DNA of 50,443 nt, taken from the NCBI GenBank assembly GCA_050694575.1, contig JBOGXL010000075.1, positions 1 through 50,443 of the forward strand. Direction: 5' to 3'. Origin of the DNA: Actinomycetota bacterium. Its GTDB lineage: Bacteria > Actinomycetota > JAICYB01. The position numbers and the translations under genes were made by a program. The notes below the pieces were generated by a model that worked only from the letters and a program-made list of their open reading frames with translations, did not search any database and was not told where the DNA came from. Below are positions 16,851-26,288 of this stretch, one piece after another. The stretch's first letter is position 1, and each line of letters opens with the position of its first letter.

Positions 16851-17093
16851 ATGGAGGTTGTCTTCGGAGTTCAATCCAGCGATCGCGGCATCCGCGTCGA
16901 GCTCGATGACTCAGACGCCGAAGCCATCCGCTCCCGCGTCGAAGAGGTCTTCGCCGAGGGCGCCGCGGGCCAGATCATCTGGATCAACGACAAGTCCGGA
17001 CGCACGATCGGCATCCCCGCCAACAAGCTCACCTACGTAGAGCTGGGCGCCGAGAAAGCCGGACGGCGCGTGGGGTTCGCGGCCTCGAGCTAA
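16851..17093 (+). CDS. DUF3107 domain-containing protein (conserved actinobacterial small protein)
   Basis: MEVVFGVQSSDRGIRVELDDSD...WINDKSGRTIGIPANKLTYVELGAEKAGRRVGF matches the DUF3107 pattern. TAGCAT lies 9 nt upstream of the ATG. Confidence 0.82.
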   Translation: MEVVFGVQSSDRGIRVELDDSDAEAIRSRVEEVFAEGAAGQIIWINDKSGRTIGIPANKLTYVELGAEKAGRRVGFAASS

Positions 17094-17097
17094 ACCG

Positions 17098-18771
17098 GTG
17101 CGCGCGGCCGACGCGGTCCTCAAGTACATCGCAGGCGAGGGCGTCCGCTACATCTTCGGCAACCCGGGCACCACCGAAGTGGCCTTCATGGACGCGATGG
17201 TCGATGCGGATGTCGACTTCGTCCTCTGCCTGCAGGAGAACGTCGCGGTCGCCGCCGCCGACGGCCTCGCCCAGGCGACGCGGCGCGCGCAGGTCGTGAA
17301 CCTCCACACCGGGCCCGGCGTGGCGCAGGCCATGTCGTCGATCTACATGGCGAACAAGCACCGCGCTCCCGTCGTCATCACCGCGGGGAACGAGGACACG
17401 CGGTTCGCGCTGACCGAGCCGCTGCTGCGGGCCGAGATCGTCGAGATGACGAAGCCCCTCGTGAAGTGGGGCTACGAGACCGAGCGCGTCGACGACGTCA
17501 TCCCGTCCTTGCGACGAGCATTCAAGGTCGCGCAGACCCCGCCGCAGGGACCGGTGTTCCTCTCGTGGCCGATGGACGTCCTCGCGAGAGAGGTGTCCGA
17601 CGATATCGACCTCCGGCCGGCCGATCTTCCCGCTCCTCCGGCCCCCGATCCGGCCGGGCTCGAGCGCGTGTCGCAGCTGTTGGCCGGTGCCTCCAACCCG
17701 TGCTTCGTCGCCGGGGACGACGTGGGACGCACCCGGGCCGAGGCGTCGCTCGCCGCGCTCGCGGAAACGGTCGGAGCGAAGGTGTTCACGGCTCCGCTGG
17801 CGCTGCAGCAGAACTTCCCGAACACACACCCGTTGGGAGCGGGCGGCATCCCACCGTTCCCCAACATCGCTCGAGCCTTCCTCACGGCCTTCGACGTGAT
17901 AGTCGTCATCGGCGCACGAGCGTTCTTCCTCTACTACTACCAACCAACAGATCCCGTTCCTCCCGAGGCCAAGCTCGTGCACACCCACCCCGATCCCTGG
18001 GAGATCGGGAAGAACTACCCGACGGAAGTCGGTCTCATCTCAACGGCCGATCGCTTCATCGCAGCGCTGACCGAAGCCGTGGACGACTGGCCGTCCGATG
18101 CGAAGCAACGAGCCGCCGAACGCACAGCCGCGGCGATAGGGGAGGCCGAAGGACGCCGAGCGACGACGGAGGCGTGGGCGGCGGACGAACGCCAGAAAAC
18201 GCCGCTGACGTCCGTCGGCATCATCGCAACGGTGTTGGACCATCTCGGCGACGCGCCCGTGGCCTTCGTCGACGAGTCCGTGACGAGCTCGCTCGGCACC
18301 CGGGCCGTGCCGAAGCTCGAGGACTCCGACAGTGCCTTCGGTCACAAAGGAGGCGCGTTGGGCTGGGGCGTCGGCGCGGCCATCGGTGTTTCCCTCGCTT
18401 TCCCCGAGCGTCGCATCGTGTGCACGCTGGGCGACGGCGCGATCATGTACTGCCCGCAAGCGATGTACACGGCCGCGCGCGAGAAGCTGCCGATCCTGTA
18501 CATCGTGATGAACAACGGTGGCTACGCGATCATCAAGTCCGGCACGAGGGCCCAGAAGCAGCGCGCGTACGAGACCGGCACCTACGTCGGCATGGACATC
18601 ACCGATCCGGACGTCGATTTCGTCTCTCTCGCCCGCGGACTCGGGCTCGGCTCGGCGGTGGCGGCCGCTCCGGAGGAGCTCGACGCCGCGGTGAAGACCG
18701 GGCTGGCGCACGACGGCCCGTTCCTCATCGACTGCAAGCTCGAACGGTCGATCCCGGATCTGCCCTTCTAG
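17098..18771 (+). CDS. Thiamine pyrophosphate-dependent enzyme (acetolactate synthase / benzoylformate decarboxylase family)
   Basis: The N-terminal PYR domain contains GVRYIFGNPGTTEVAF, and the C-terminal TPP motif is GDGAIMY...NNGGYAII. The GTG start lies 4 nt after the DUF3107 stop. Confidence 0.9.
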   Translation: MRAADAVLKYIAGEGVRYIFGNPGTTEVAFMDAMVDADVDFVLCLQENVAVAAADGLAQATRRAQVVNLHTGPGVAQAMSSIYMANKHRAPVVITAGNEDTRFALTEPLLRAEIVEMTKPLVKWGYETERVDDVIPSLRRAFKVAQTPPQGPVFLSWPMDVLAREVSDDIDLRPADLPAPPAPDPAGLERVSQLLAGASNPCFVAGDDVGRTRAEASLAALAETVGAKVFTAPLALQQNFPNTHPLGAGGIPPFPNIARAFLTAFDVIVVIGARAFFLYYYQPTDPVPPEAKLVHTHPDPWEIGKNYPTEVGLISTADRFIAALTEAVDDWPSDAKQRAAERTAAAIGEAEGRRATTEAWAADERQKTPLTSVGIIATVLDHLGDAPVAFVDESVTSSLGTRAVPKLEDSDSAFGHKGGALGWGVGAAIGVSLAFPERRIVCTLGDGAIMYCPQAMYTAAREKLPILYIVMNNGGYAIIKSGTRAQKQRAYETGTYVGMDITDPDVDFVSLARGLGLGSAVAAAPEELDAAVKTGLAHDGPFLIDCKLERSIPDLPF

Positions 18772-18808
18772 AACGCGTTCCAGCTCGAATCGGTACGCTA
18801 CACCTCCC

Positions 18809-19807
18809 GTGTCACGTTCGATCATCACCGCCAACGAGCTTGTGAAGGCCTACGGGCCGCTGGTGGCTGTGGACGGCGTGTCCTTCGAGGTCTTCGAGGG
18901 AGAGGTCTTCGGGTTCCTCGGTCCCAACGGTGCCGGGAAAACAACAACCATCTCGATGCTGTGCACGCTGCTCAATCCCACGGGCGGCGGCGCGCTGGTG
19001 AACGGGTTCGACGTCGTCCGGGAGCGGGACAAGGTCCGGGCGTCGATCGGCATCGTCTTCCAAGACCCGTCCCTCGACCAGTACCTGACGGGCCAAGAGA
19101 ACATGCGGTTCCACGCCGCCGTCTACGGGGTTCCGCGCGAGACCGCGCGCGAGCGCATCAACGAGCTCCTCAAGATGGTCGATCTCCACGACCGTCGGAA
19201 GGACCAGGTCCTCACGTACTCCGGCGGGATGCGCCGCCGCCTGGAGGTCGCCCGTGGCCTTGTCCACTACCCCACCGTGCTCTTCCTGGACGAACCCACC
19301 ATCGGCCTGGACCCGCAGTCACGCAAGCACCTTTGGAGCTACGTCCTCGATCTTGCGAAGAGAGAGAACATCACCATCTTCCTGACGACGCACTACCTGG
19401 ATGAAGCCGAACACTGCGACAGGATCGCGATCATCGATCACGGAAAAGTCATCGCTCTCGACACTCCGGACGGCTTGAAGCGCTCGATCGGAGGGGACGC
19501 GCTGACCCTCCGGACGGCAGACGACGCCAAAGCGGCCAAGAGCCTCAAGACCAAGCTCAAGCTCGACCCGCACCCCGTCGCGAGCGGAGGGATCCACGTC
19601 GCCGTTCCCAATGGAGACGCGGCGATACCGAAGGTCCTCAAGGCGCTCACCGTGGACGTCCACTCCGTCACATTGACGCGGCCGACGCTCGACGACGTGT
19701 TCATCGAGCTGACAGGCCGGCAGCTGCGCGATGAGCAGGGTGACATGATGGCCGGGTTCCGCAGCGCTATGGCGTCGCGCACGCGCCAGGGAAGACCGAT
19801 GATGTGA
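18809..19807 (+). CDS. ABC transporter ATP-binding protein (ABC-2/DrrA-like exporter ATPase)
   Basis: Walker A is GPNGAGKTT, the signature is SGGMRRRLEVA, and Walker B is LFLDEPTIGLD. Confidence 0.92.
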   Translation: MSRSIITANELVKAYGPLVAVDGVSFEVFEGEVFGFLGPNGAGKTTTISMLCTLLNPTGGGALVNGFDVVRERDKVRASIGIVFQDPSLDQYLTGQENMRFHAAVYGVPRETARERINELLKMVDLHDRRKDQVLTYSGGMRRRLEVARGLVHYPTVLFLDEPTIGLDPQSRKHLWSYVLDLAKRENITIFLTTHYLDEAEHCDRIAIIDHGKVIALDTPDGLKRSIGGDALTLRTADDAKAAKSLKTKLKLDPHPVASGGIHVAVPNGDAAIPKVLKALTVDVHSVTLTRPTLDDVFIELTGRQLRDEQGDMMAGFRSAMASRTRQGRPMM

Positions 19808-20733
19808 TGGCGAAGTCCGGACAGCGTCGAGCGACGAAGGCGAAGGGGCAAGCGCGCGCCCGGAGCCGTCCGACCACGCCCAAGAAGCCCGCCGGTCCGG
19901 CCAAACAACCGTCGCCCGCGCCGCCACGACGGGCGATGCGTCCCGCCGGAACGATCCACCTCAGCGGCGCCTACAGCATCTGGCAACGGGAGCTCATCCG
20001 GTTCTTCCGTGAGCGCGCCCGGGCCGTTACGTCCTTCGTGCAGCCGCTGCTCTACCTCTTGGTCTTCGGTTCGGGGCTCGCGACCGTGGTGGATCAGTCG
20101 GCCATCGCGGGCGTGAACTTCCGCGTCTTCCTGCTGCCCGGCGTCATAGTGATGACGACGCTCTTCACCTCGATGTTCAGCGGAATGTCCATCGTGTGGG
20201 ACCGCGAGTTCGGGTTCCTCAAGGAGATCCTGGTCTCACCGGTTTCGCGTCCGGCCGTGATCGCCGGGAAGGTGGCCGGCGGCGCGACCACGGCGGCCAT
20301 GCAAGGTCTGGCCATCCTGATCTTCTCACCGATCATCGGCCTCGACCTCAGCATCGTGAACTCGCTCAAGGTCGTCCCGGCGCTGATCGTGTTCGCAGTG
20401 GCGGTGAACCTGCTCGGCGTAGCCATCGCCTCACGCACGCAGACCATGCAGGCGTTCTTCGTCATACAGAACTTCGTCATGCTCCCCATGCTGTTCCTGT
20501 CCGGGTCGATCTACCCGCTGCGCGGGGCGCCGGTGTGGCTGCGCGTCGGCGCCGCCTTCGACCCGGCGACCTATGCCGTCGACGCGATCCGAGCGTCCCT
20601 GCTCCCCGTGTACTCGCACGTACGCCTGGGGAGCGGCTTCCAGCTCAACTACGCCCTGGACATCGGGATCATCGCTGCGCTGGCCGTTGGGCTCTTCGTA
20701 TTCGCGGTCCGCGGCATCAACCGCCAGCCCTAG
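19804..20733 (+). CDS. ABC-2 type transporter permease
   Basis: Six predicted TM helices follow a basic Pro-rich N-terminal extension. The start overlaps the ATPase stop (GTGATG). An internal alternative start is ATG 19936. Confidence 0.88.
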   Translation: MMAKSGQRRATKAKGQARARSRPTTPKKPAGPAKQPSPAPPRRAMRPAGTIHLSGAYSIWQRELIRFFRERARAVTSFVQPLLYLLVFGSGLATVVDQSAIAGVNFRVFLLPGVIVMTTLFTSMFSGMSIVWDREFGFLKEILVSPVSRPAVIAGKVAGGATTAAMQGLAILIFSPIIGLDLSIVNSLKVVPALIVFAVAVNLLGVAIASRTQTMQAFFVIQNFVMLPMLFLSGSIYPLRGAPVWLRVGAAFDPATYAVDAIRASLLPVYSHVRLGSGFQLNYALDIGIIAALAVGLFVFAVRGINRQP

Positions 20734-21562
20734 CCAGCTCCTCCAAACGCCGGAAGCTCTCGTCCGAAGTCGTCCAGCCGCCGAGCGTGTGCTCGGGCAA
20801 GCCGTGCCAGTCCGATCCACCGGTCCTGACCAACCCGTATTCGTCGGCTATCGCCCCAAGACGGTCGCGGATGAGCGGTGGGTGGTCGGGGTGATCGACC
20901 TCGAGGCCTGTGACGCCGGCCACCGCGAGCGCACCCAGTACGTCGTCCGGGATCGGCTTCACCTCCCCTTCGTGATGGGAGACGCCGGGATGTGCCACCA
21001 CGGCCACACCTCCCGCCGATCGCACCAGGTCGATCGAGTCCACGGTGGTCATCGCGCGGCGCGGGACGAACGCCCGGCCCCCATCCCCGATGAGATCGGC
21101 ATCGAACGCGTCGCGAACACTCCTTACGTGCCCGCGGGCAACGAGCGCCCGGGCTATGTGCGGACGTGCTATGACGTCTCCGCCGGCGTGCGCCTCGACA
21201 TCGGCCATCGTGATGTCGAGGCCGAGCTCACACAGCCGTTGAACGATCTGCACCGCACGCTCGCGGCGCTGCTCACGTGTCTGGGTCAGGGCCACGGTCA
21301 GGGTCGCATTGCCTACGTCCACGAAGTAGCCGAGGAGATGGATCTCCCGGCCGTCGTGGCGAGTGGAGATCTCGATACCGGCCACGACGCGGACCCCCGA
21401 CCGCTCGCCGGCGCCCACCGCCGGACGAACTCCGGCGACGGTGTCGTGGTCGGTCACCCCGATGACGTCCACCTTCCGCTCGGACGCGACACGAACGAGG
21501 TGCTCGGGAGTCGCCAACCCGTCGGACGCGGTCGTGTGGCAGTGCAAGTCGATGACGGGCAC
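20717..21562 (-). CDS. PHP domain-containing phosphoesterase (TrpH/YciV-like)
   Basis: MPVIDLHCHTTASDGLATPEHLV..VIGVTDHDT. TAGGGT lies 5 nt upstream of GTG 21562. Its 3' end overlaps the permease by 17 nt in convergent orientation. Confidence 0.88.
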   Translation of the reverse strand: MPVIDLHCHTTASDGLATPEHLVRVASERKVDVIGVTDHDTVAGVRPAVGAGERSGVRVVAGIEISTRHDGREIHLLGYFVDVGNATLTVALTQTREQRRERAVQIVQRLCELGLDITMADVEAHAGGDVIARPHIARALVARGHVRSVRDAFDADLIGDGGRAFVPRRAMTTVDSIDLVRSAGGVAVVAHPGVSHHEGEVKPIPDDVLGALAVAGVTGLEVDHPDHPPLIRDRLGAIADEYGLVRTGGSDWHGLPEHTLGGWTTSDESFRRLEELARAGG

Positions 21563-21598
21563 GGGCTACCCTAAACCCCCACTCACGAGGAGGCAGTC

Positions 21599-21814
21599 AT
21601 GACGGTCACGAAGACGATCGATCTCTCCGGAAGCTCGAGCGAGTCCATCGAGTCGGCCATCGACGAAGCGATCTCACGAGCCGCGCTCACTATCTCCGAC
21701 GTCCAGGAGTTCGAGGTCGATCGCGTCTCGGGTGTGGTCAAGGATGGTCGCGTCGAGGCCTATCGCGTGTGGCTGAAGGTGACGTTCGTCGTGAAGGAGC
21801 GCCTCCACGAGTAA
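21599..21814 (+). CDS. Dodecin family flavin-binding protein
   Basis: This 71-aa protein reads KTIDLSGSSSESIESAIDEAISRAALTISDVQEFEVDRVSGVVKDGRVEAYRVWLKVTF, which is the typical dodecin pattern. A GAGGAGG SD is present. Confidence 0.85.
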   Translation: MTVTKTIDLSGSSSESIESAIDEAISRAALTISDVQEFEVDRVSGVVKDGRVEAYRVWLKVTFVVKERLHE

Positions 21815-21821
21815 CAAGACG

Positions 21822-22814
21822 ATGGATCGGCCCTTCATCGGGATGCCGTTTCCGGGCATCGTTCGCGTGACCTGCCTCACGCCGATGCCCGGGCTTCCGC
21901 ATGTGCACGTCTACATGGCGCGGGGAGCCGAAGGGGGCCTCGTCCTGTTCGACACGGCCATGCCGTACCAGGACTCGTTCGACCGGATCATGCAAGGCAT
22001 CGAGTGGGCGGGCCGGAAGCCGAGCGATGTCGAGCGCATCTACCTGACCCATGCTCATCCCGATCATTTCGGCTGCGCCGGCCTGCTCCAGGAAGAAACG
22101 GGCGCACCCGTCGTCTGCCATCCGATCGCCCAGCGAACGCTCGAGGCGATGGGCGATCCGGACCCCGAGCGCTGGCGGGCACGCATGTCGATGTACCACG
22201 AGCACGGGTGGTCGTCCGAGGAGATGATCGAGAGCCGAATGGCGGGCGCGTTCTCGTCGATGACCTTGGCCAAGGACATGACGACCATCGACGAGGGCGA
22301 CGTCGTGACCTTCGCCGGCGGCGACTGGGACGTGTACTGGACCCCCGGACACGAAGAGGGCCACGTCGTCTTCCATCGTTCGATGGACGGGGTCCTGATC
22401 GTGGGCGACACGGTCCTGTCGAAGATCACGCCTCACATCGGATGGATGGTCCAGCCCGAAGATCCACTGGGGCAGTTCCTCGGCTCCCTGGAGAAGGTCG
22501 CCGCGCTGGACCCGTTCCTCGTGCTGCCCGGACATGGGCGTCCGTTCGAGGAAGGGGCGGAGCGGGCTCGGTCGATCGCCGCCCACCACGAGCTCCGCCT
22601 GCGGCGGTGCGTGGAGATCGTCCTGCGGCGGGGGCCGATCCACGCGATGGACGTCGCCCGGCGGCTGTTCGACAGGGATCTGATGTTCTTCGAGGAGCGG
22701 CTGGCGCTCGCCGAGACCCTGTCCCACCTCGAGCACCTGCGCCTGAAGGGCCGCCTCCACCGCACGCTGGCGGACGGGACCTGGCTCTACGAAGTTCATA
22801 GGCTGATCCCCTGA
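21822..22814 (+). CDS. MBL-fold metallo-hydrolase
   Basis: The THAHPDHFG metal-binding motif is present, together with later His/Asp ligands (TPGHEEGH, LPGHG). Confidence 0.9.
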   Translation: MDRPFIGMPFPGIVRVTCLTPMPGLPHVHVYMARGAEGGLVLFDTAMPYQDSFDRIMQGIEWAGRKPSDVERIYLTHAHPDHFGCAGLLQEETGAPVVCHPIAQRTLEAMGDPDPERWRARMSMYHEHGWSSEEMIESRMAGAFSSMTLAKDMTTIDEGDVVTFAGGDWDVYWTPGHEEGHVVFHRSMDGVLIVGDTVLSKITPHIGWMVQPEDPLGQFLGSLEKVAALDPFLVLPGHGRPFEEGAERARSIAAHHELRLRRCVEIVLRRGPIHAMDVARRLFDRDLMFFEERLALAETLSHLEHLRLKGRLHRTLADGTWLYEVHRLIP

Positions 22815-22827
22815 GCGGTGGGATGCT

Positions 22828-23196
22828 TTGTGGGTGAAAGTCGTGGCGTTCGCGGTTGCCGCGATCGCCGCCGTGGTTGCGGCCGCGATCGTCATCCCGG
22901 ACATGGGCCGGCCCGCCGACGTCCGGTCGGTCGCGACCCCCGCGCCTACCGAAGAGCCCACGCCGGAACGGACCGTCGAACCCAGTCCGAGCCCGTCTCC
23001 GAGCGTCGCCGTCGCCGCCGCCCGCCCCGCTTCGCTCGGCGAACCCGAGCCAACGGAGTCGAGCCGGCGGCGGCGCGACTCCGTGCCGCGAGGATCCAGC
23101 ATCTCGGTCGTCGAGGGCGAGCACTCCGAGGGCTGCGAGGGACACCTCGAGGACGAGGAAGAGGAAGAAGAGGCTCTCGAGGACTGCGAAGACTAG
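22828..23196 (+). CDS. Hypothetical membrane-anchored protein with Pro/Ser-rich linker and highly acidic Cys-containing tail
   Basis: It has a TTG start, an N-terminal TM helix (VVAFAVAAIAAVVAAAIVI) and high GC3. The tail is EGCEGHLEDEEEEEEALEDCED. No family is recognised. Confidence 0.5.
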   Translation: MWVKVVAFAVAAIAAVVAAAIVIPDMGRPADVRSVATPAPTEEPTPERTVEPSPSPSPSVAVAAARPASLGEPEPTESSRRRRDSVPRGSSISVVEGEHSEGCEGHLEDEEEEEEALEDCED

Positions 23197-23213
23197 GCTC
23201 GCGGTCGTCGAAG

Positions 23214-23978
23214 ATGGCCTCCGGCGAGCCTCGCGTCCACCGAACCGCAGCGACGGGCTTCGTCGACGGCGACCGCTACGAGCGAGGCCGTCCCGACTAC
23301 CCGGCGGGAACCCTCGACGCCCTCGGCATCACGAAGGGCACGGCCGTCGTCGACCTCGGTTGCGGCACGGGCAAGTTCACCCGTTTGCTTGCGTCCCGGG
23401 GAGCGAAAGTCATCGGGGTCGAGCCCTTGCCGGCCATGCTCACGACGTTCCGCGACCGATGCCCGGCCGTACCCGTGGTCGGCGGCGTGGCCGAAGCATT
23501 GCCGCTCGCGGGTGGGCGATCTGACGTGGTCACGTGTGCTTCGGCCTTCCACTGGTTCGACCACGACCGCGCATTGCCCGAGGTCCATCGTGTCCTGCGC
23601 CCGGGGGGGAGTCTGGGGATCATCTGGAACCGTCGCGACGAGATCGGCGGCTGGCCGGCCGAGTTCTGGGCGATCACGGAAGCGTACCGTCGCGGGACGC
23701 CCGGTTACCGGATGCCCGCCTGGCGCGATGCGCTCACGTCATCACCGTTGTACGGCGACATCACCGAGCACTGGTTCGATCACGTGCAGCGTGCCGACAT
23801 CGACGGATTGCTTGCGCGCGTGGCGTCGGTCTCCTTCATCGAGATCCTCCCGGCCGCCGAACGCGCCGCCGTGCTCGACCGAGCCAGGCAGTTCCTCCTG
23901 TCCCACCCCGACACGAAGGACAGGGACGTCTTCGAGCTCCCGTATCGCACGGTGGTTTACGTCGCACCGCGGCTGTAG
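23214..23978 (+). CDS. Class I SAM-dependent methyltransferase
   Basis: ORF 22818..23978 trimmed to ATG 23214. Motif I is VVDLGCGTGKF, and post-I/II motifs are VIGVEP and LRPGGSLGIIW. Confidence 0.88.
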   Translation: MASGEPRVHRTAATGFVDGDRYERGRPDYPAGTLDALGITKGTAVVDLGCGTGKFTRLLASRGAKVIGVEPLPAMLTTFRDRCPAVPVVGGVAEALPLAGGRSDVVTCASAFHWFDHDRALPEVHRVLRPGGSLGIIWNRRDEIGGWPAEFWAITEAYRRGTPGYRMPAWRDALTSSPLYGDITEHWFDHVQRADIDGLLARVASVSFIEILPAAERAAVLDRARQFLLSHPDTKDRDVFELPYRTVVYVAPRL

Positions 23979-23984
23979 CTCCAG

Positions 23985-23990
23985 TACACT
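23985..23990 (+). promoter_or_regulatory. Candidate -10 box (TACACT) upstream of the small ORF
   Basis: TACACT lies 8 nt upstream of ATG 23999. Confidence 0.3.
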
Positions 23991-23998
23991 TCCCCGTC

Positions 23999-24184
23999 AT
24001 GCGGGACGCTGTAACGGCTCTGGAAGCGGCGCTCGGCGAGCTCGAGAGCGCACGCGAGGGGCTCCCGGACGATCTCCGGGCCGAGCTGGACACGATCATC
24101 AGGCAGGCGCGCGAGGTGCTGGCGTCCCTCGAAGGGGACGCGACGACTACTGGGGACTCAAGCCGAGCTGGCGCGCCAGGATGA
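23999..24184 (+). CDS. Candidate small helical protein (61 aa)
   Basis: MRDAVTALEAALGELESAREGLPDDLRAELDTIIRQAREVLASLEGD... GC3 is high and the promoter spacing is leaderless-type. The 3' end overlaps the convergent acyl-CoA dehydrogenase by 38 nt. Confidence 0.35.
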   Translation: MRDAVTALEAALGELESAREGLPDDLRAELDTIIRQAREVLASLEGDATTTGDSSRAGAPG

Positions 24185-25298
24185 GGTGCTGGACGTCGGT
24201 CGTGCCCTCGACTATCACGTAGTACCGCGAGTCGCGGAACAGCCGCTCGATCGGGAACTCTCCCCCGATGTATCCGTAGCCGCCGAACGTCCGCATCGAT
24301 TCGCTCGCGGCGCGAACCGCCGTCTCCGAGGCGACGAGCTTCGCGACGGCGACCTCCTTCGGTGAGCCGCGGCCTTCGTCCCACATGGTCGCCGCCCAGT
24401 ACACCGTCACCCGAGCGGACTCGACCTCGGCGGCGATCTGCGCGATACGAAAAGCGACGGCCTGGAAGCCCCCGATCTCGCGGTCGAACGCTCGCCGCTG
24501 CTTGGCGTACTCGACCGAGACGTCCACGGCACGTTGCGCCGTGCCCAGCGCGCCGCCGGCCACGATGAGGCGGCCTGAGTTGAGTGTCCGCGCCGCGCGG
24601 CGGAATCCTCCCGTCGGCTCACCGATCAGCGCCTCTTCGGGCACCTCAACCTGGTCCACGACGACTTCGCCGACCTCCGACGATCGGTGGCCGAGCGTTC
24701 GCAGCGGCCGCACCGCATCGTCGGGCAGGCGGTCGCGATCGAGGATGAAGTTCGCGATGCCCTCGTAGCCGAGGTCGCGATCCGTGTAGCACGTGAAGAT
24801 GAAGAAGTCCGCCGACGGGGCGCACGTGATGAACATCTTCCGGCCGTTGAGGATCCAGCGGCCGTTCTTGCGCTCGGCGGTCGCGCGGATGCCCTTCACG
24901 TCCGAACCGGCCTCGGGTTCCGTGAGCGCGAAAGCACCCATCCACTCCCCCGCCGTGACCTTCGGGATGTACGTGCGTTGTTGCTCCTGGGAGCCGAACT
25001 CGTAGATCGGATACGACCCGATGTTTCCGGGGACGCTGAGGGCGGAGCTGATCCCCGCGCATTGGTAGCTCGTCGCTTCGCGCCACAGGACTTCGGCGCT
25101 CACGCCTGCGTCGGAGCCGCCGAGGTCGCTCGGATACCGCATCCCGATGAACCCGGCTTGCCCGGCCTTCGTGTACAGCGGACGCGGAAACGTCTCGGTG
25201 CGCTCCGCTTCGTCGACGAGCGGTGCGATCTCGCGTTCGGCGAAGGCGTCCGTGGACTGTTTCAGCGCCTGGAGCTCTGGGGACAGCTCGAACGACAT
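24147..25298 (-). CDS. Acyl-CoA dehydrogenase
   Basis: ORF 24147..26141 trimmed to ATG 25298 (MSFELSPELQALKQS), with a GAGGG SD. Canonical ACAD motifs are present (AFALTEPEAGSD, GGYGYIGGEFPIERLFRD). Confidence 0.92.
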   Translation of the reverse strand: MSFELSPELQALKQSTDAFAEREIAPLVDEAERTETFPRPLYTKAGQAGFIGMRYPSDLGGSDAGVSAEVLWREATSYQCAGISSALSVPGNIGSYPIYEFGSQEQQRTYIPKVTAGEWMGAFALTEPEAGSDVKGIRATAERKNGRWILNGRKMFITCAPSADFFIFTCYTDRDLGYEGIANFILDRDRLPDDAVRPLRTLGHRSSEVGEVVVDQVEVPEEALIGEPTGGFRRAARTLNSGRLIVAGGALGTAQRAVDVSVEYAKQRRAFDREIGGFQAVAFRIAQIAAEVESARVTVYWAATMWDEGRGSPKEVAVAKLVASETAVRAASESMRTFGGYGYIGGEFPIERLFRDSRYYVIVEGTTDVQHLILARQLGLSPQ

Positions 25299-25364
25299 GA
25301 CGGCCCTCATACTACGCGCGGCCCGAAGTAGGCTACGGGCCACGATGACGCCCCGCGCGCCGCG

Positions 25365-26288
25365 ATGACACGCCTCGTCGACACCTTCTTCAAGCGTCGC
25401 GTTCTGTGGGTGACGGGAAAGGGCGGAACCGGGAAGTCCACCATCGCCGCCGCGCTCGGACTCCTCGCGGCGGAGTCGGGCCTCCGCACGCTGCTCATCG
25501 ATGTGGAGGCACGCGGTGACGTCGCACGTTTCCTCGACGCGGGGCCGCCGCGCTACGACGCCAGGGAAGCGCTCCCGAACCTGTATCACCTCGCCATCCA
25601 TCCCGAAGAGGTCCTCGACGAATACCTGCGCGTTGCCATGCGCATGCCGCGCGTCCGGCGTATCGGGCCGGTACGGCGGGTCTTCGACTTCGTCGCCACG
25701 GCCGCGCCGGGCATCAAGGAGGTGTTGATCGCCGGGAAGATCGGCTTCGAGGAACGCGCCCGCAACGGCGGCCCGCGCTGGGACCTCATAGTCGTCGATG
25801 CCGCCGCAGCAGGACAGGTCCTCTCGCATCTCCGGGGGCCGCGCACGATCCAGGAGATCGTTCAGGTCGGGATGATCCGCAACCAAACGGCGTGGGTCCG
25901 GGACATCATCGAAGACCCCGAGCGCACGGGATTGATCGTCGTGTCGCTCGCCGAGGAGATGCCCGTTACGGAGACGGAGGAGCTCATCGCGCACCTGCCC
26001 GAGGCCGTCGGGACTCCCGCGTTGGGGATCATCGCGAACCGCGTCATCCGATCGACGCAGGACGACTCCTCGCTGGCGGCGCTCGACGGATCGGCAGATC
26101 TCGTCGGCCCGCTCGCCGTCGACGCGGCGCACCTGTGGCACGACCTCGCCCGCTCACAACAACCAGACCTCGAGCGGCTGCGGTCGATAGGGCCGCCCGT
26201 TGCCGATGTGCCTCTCGTCGCCGCCGACCACCACGATCTCGCCTTCACCAAGCGCGTCGCCGAGCTCCTCGCGGCCACGGCGTCATGA
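25365..26288 (+). CDS. ArsA/Get3-like P-loop ATPase (first of a pair)
   Basis: The deviant Walker A is GKGGTGKST near the N-terminus, and the Walker B-like motif is DLIVVDAAAAG. Confidence 0.86.
   Translation: MTRLVDTFFKRRVLWVTGKGGTGKSTIAAALGLLAAESGLRTLLIDVEARGDVARFLDAGPPRYDAREALPNLYHLAIHPEEVLDEYLRVAMRMPRVRRIGPVRRVFDFVATAAPGIKEVLIAGKIGFEERARNGGPRWDLIVVDAAAAGQVLSHLRGPRTIQEIVQVGMIRNQTAWVRDIIEDPERTGLIVVSLAEEMPVTETEELIAHLPEAVGTPALGIIANRVIRSTQDDSSLAALDGSADLVGPLAVDAAHLWHDLARSQQPDLERLRSIGPPVADVPLVAADHHDLAFTKRVAELLAATAS

Noticed and set aside
19804-19935. The basic, Pro-rich 44-aa N-terminal extension of the ABC-2 permease as a separate feature or mis-annotation.
   Set aside because: The start overlaps the ATPase stop (typical coupling) and GC3 stays high, so it is probably a genuine cytoplasmic tail. 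ATG 19936 remains a possible alternative start, but nothing else is unusual.
21738-23102. A 454-aa minus-strand ORF.
   Set aside because: It is antisense to the MBL-fold hydrolase (HAHPDH motif on the plus strand) and to the following membrane-protein gene. Its composition is Arg/Pro/Gly-rich.
25299-26141. A 281-aa N-terminal extension of the acyl-CoA dehydrogenase ORF (664-aa ORF).
   Set aside because: It is antisense to the first ArsA-like ATPase. ACAD homology begins at MSFELSPELQ (ATG 25298), which has an SD.
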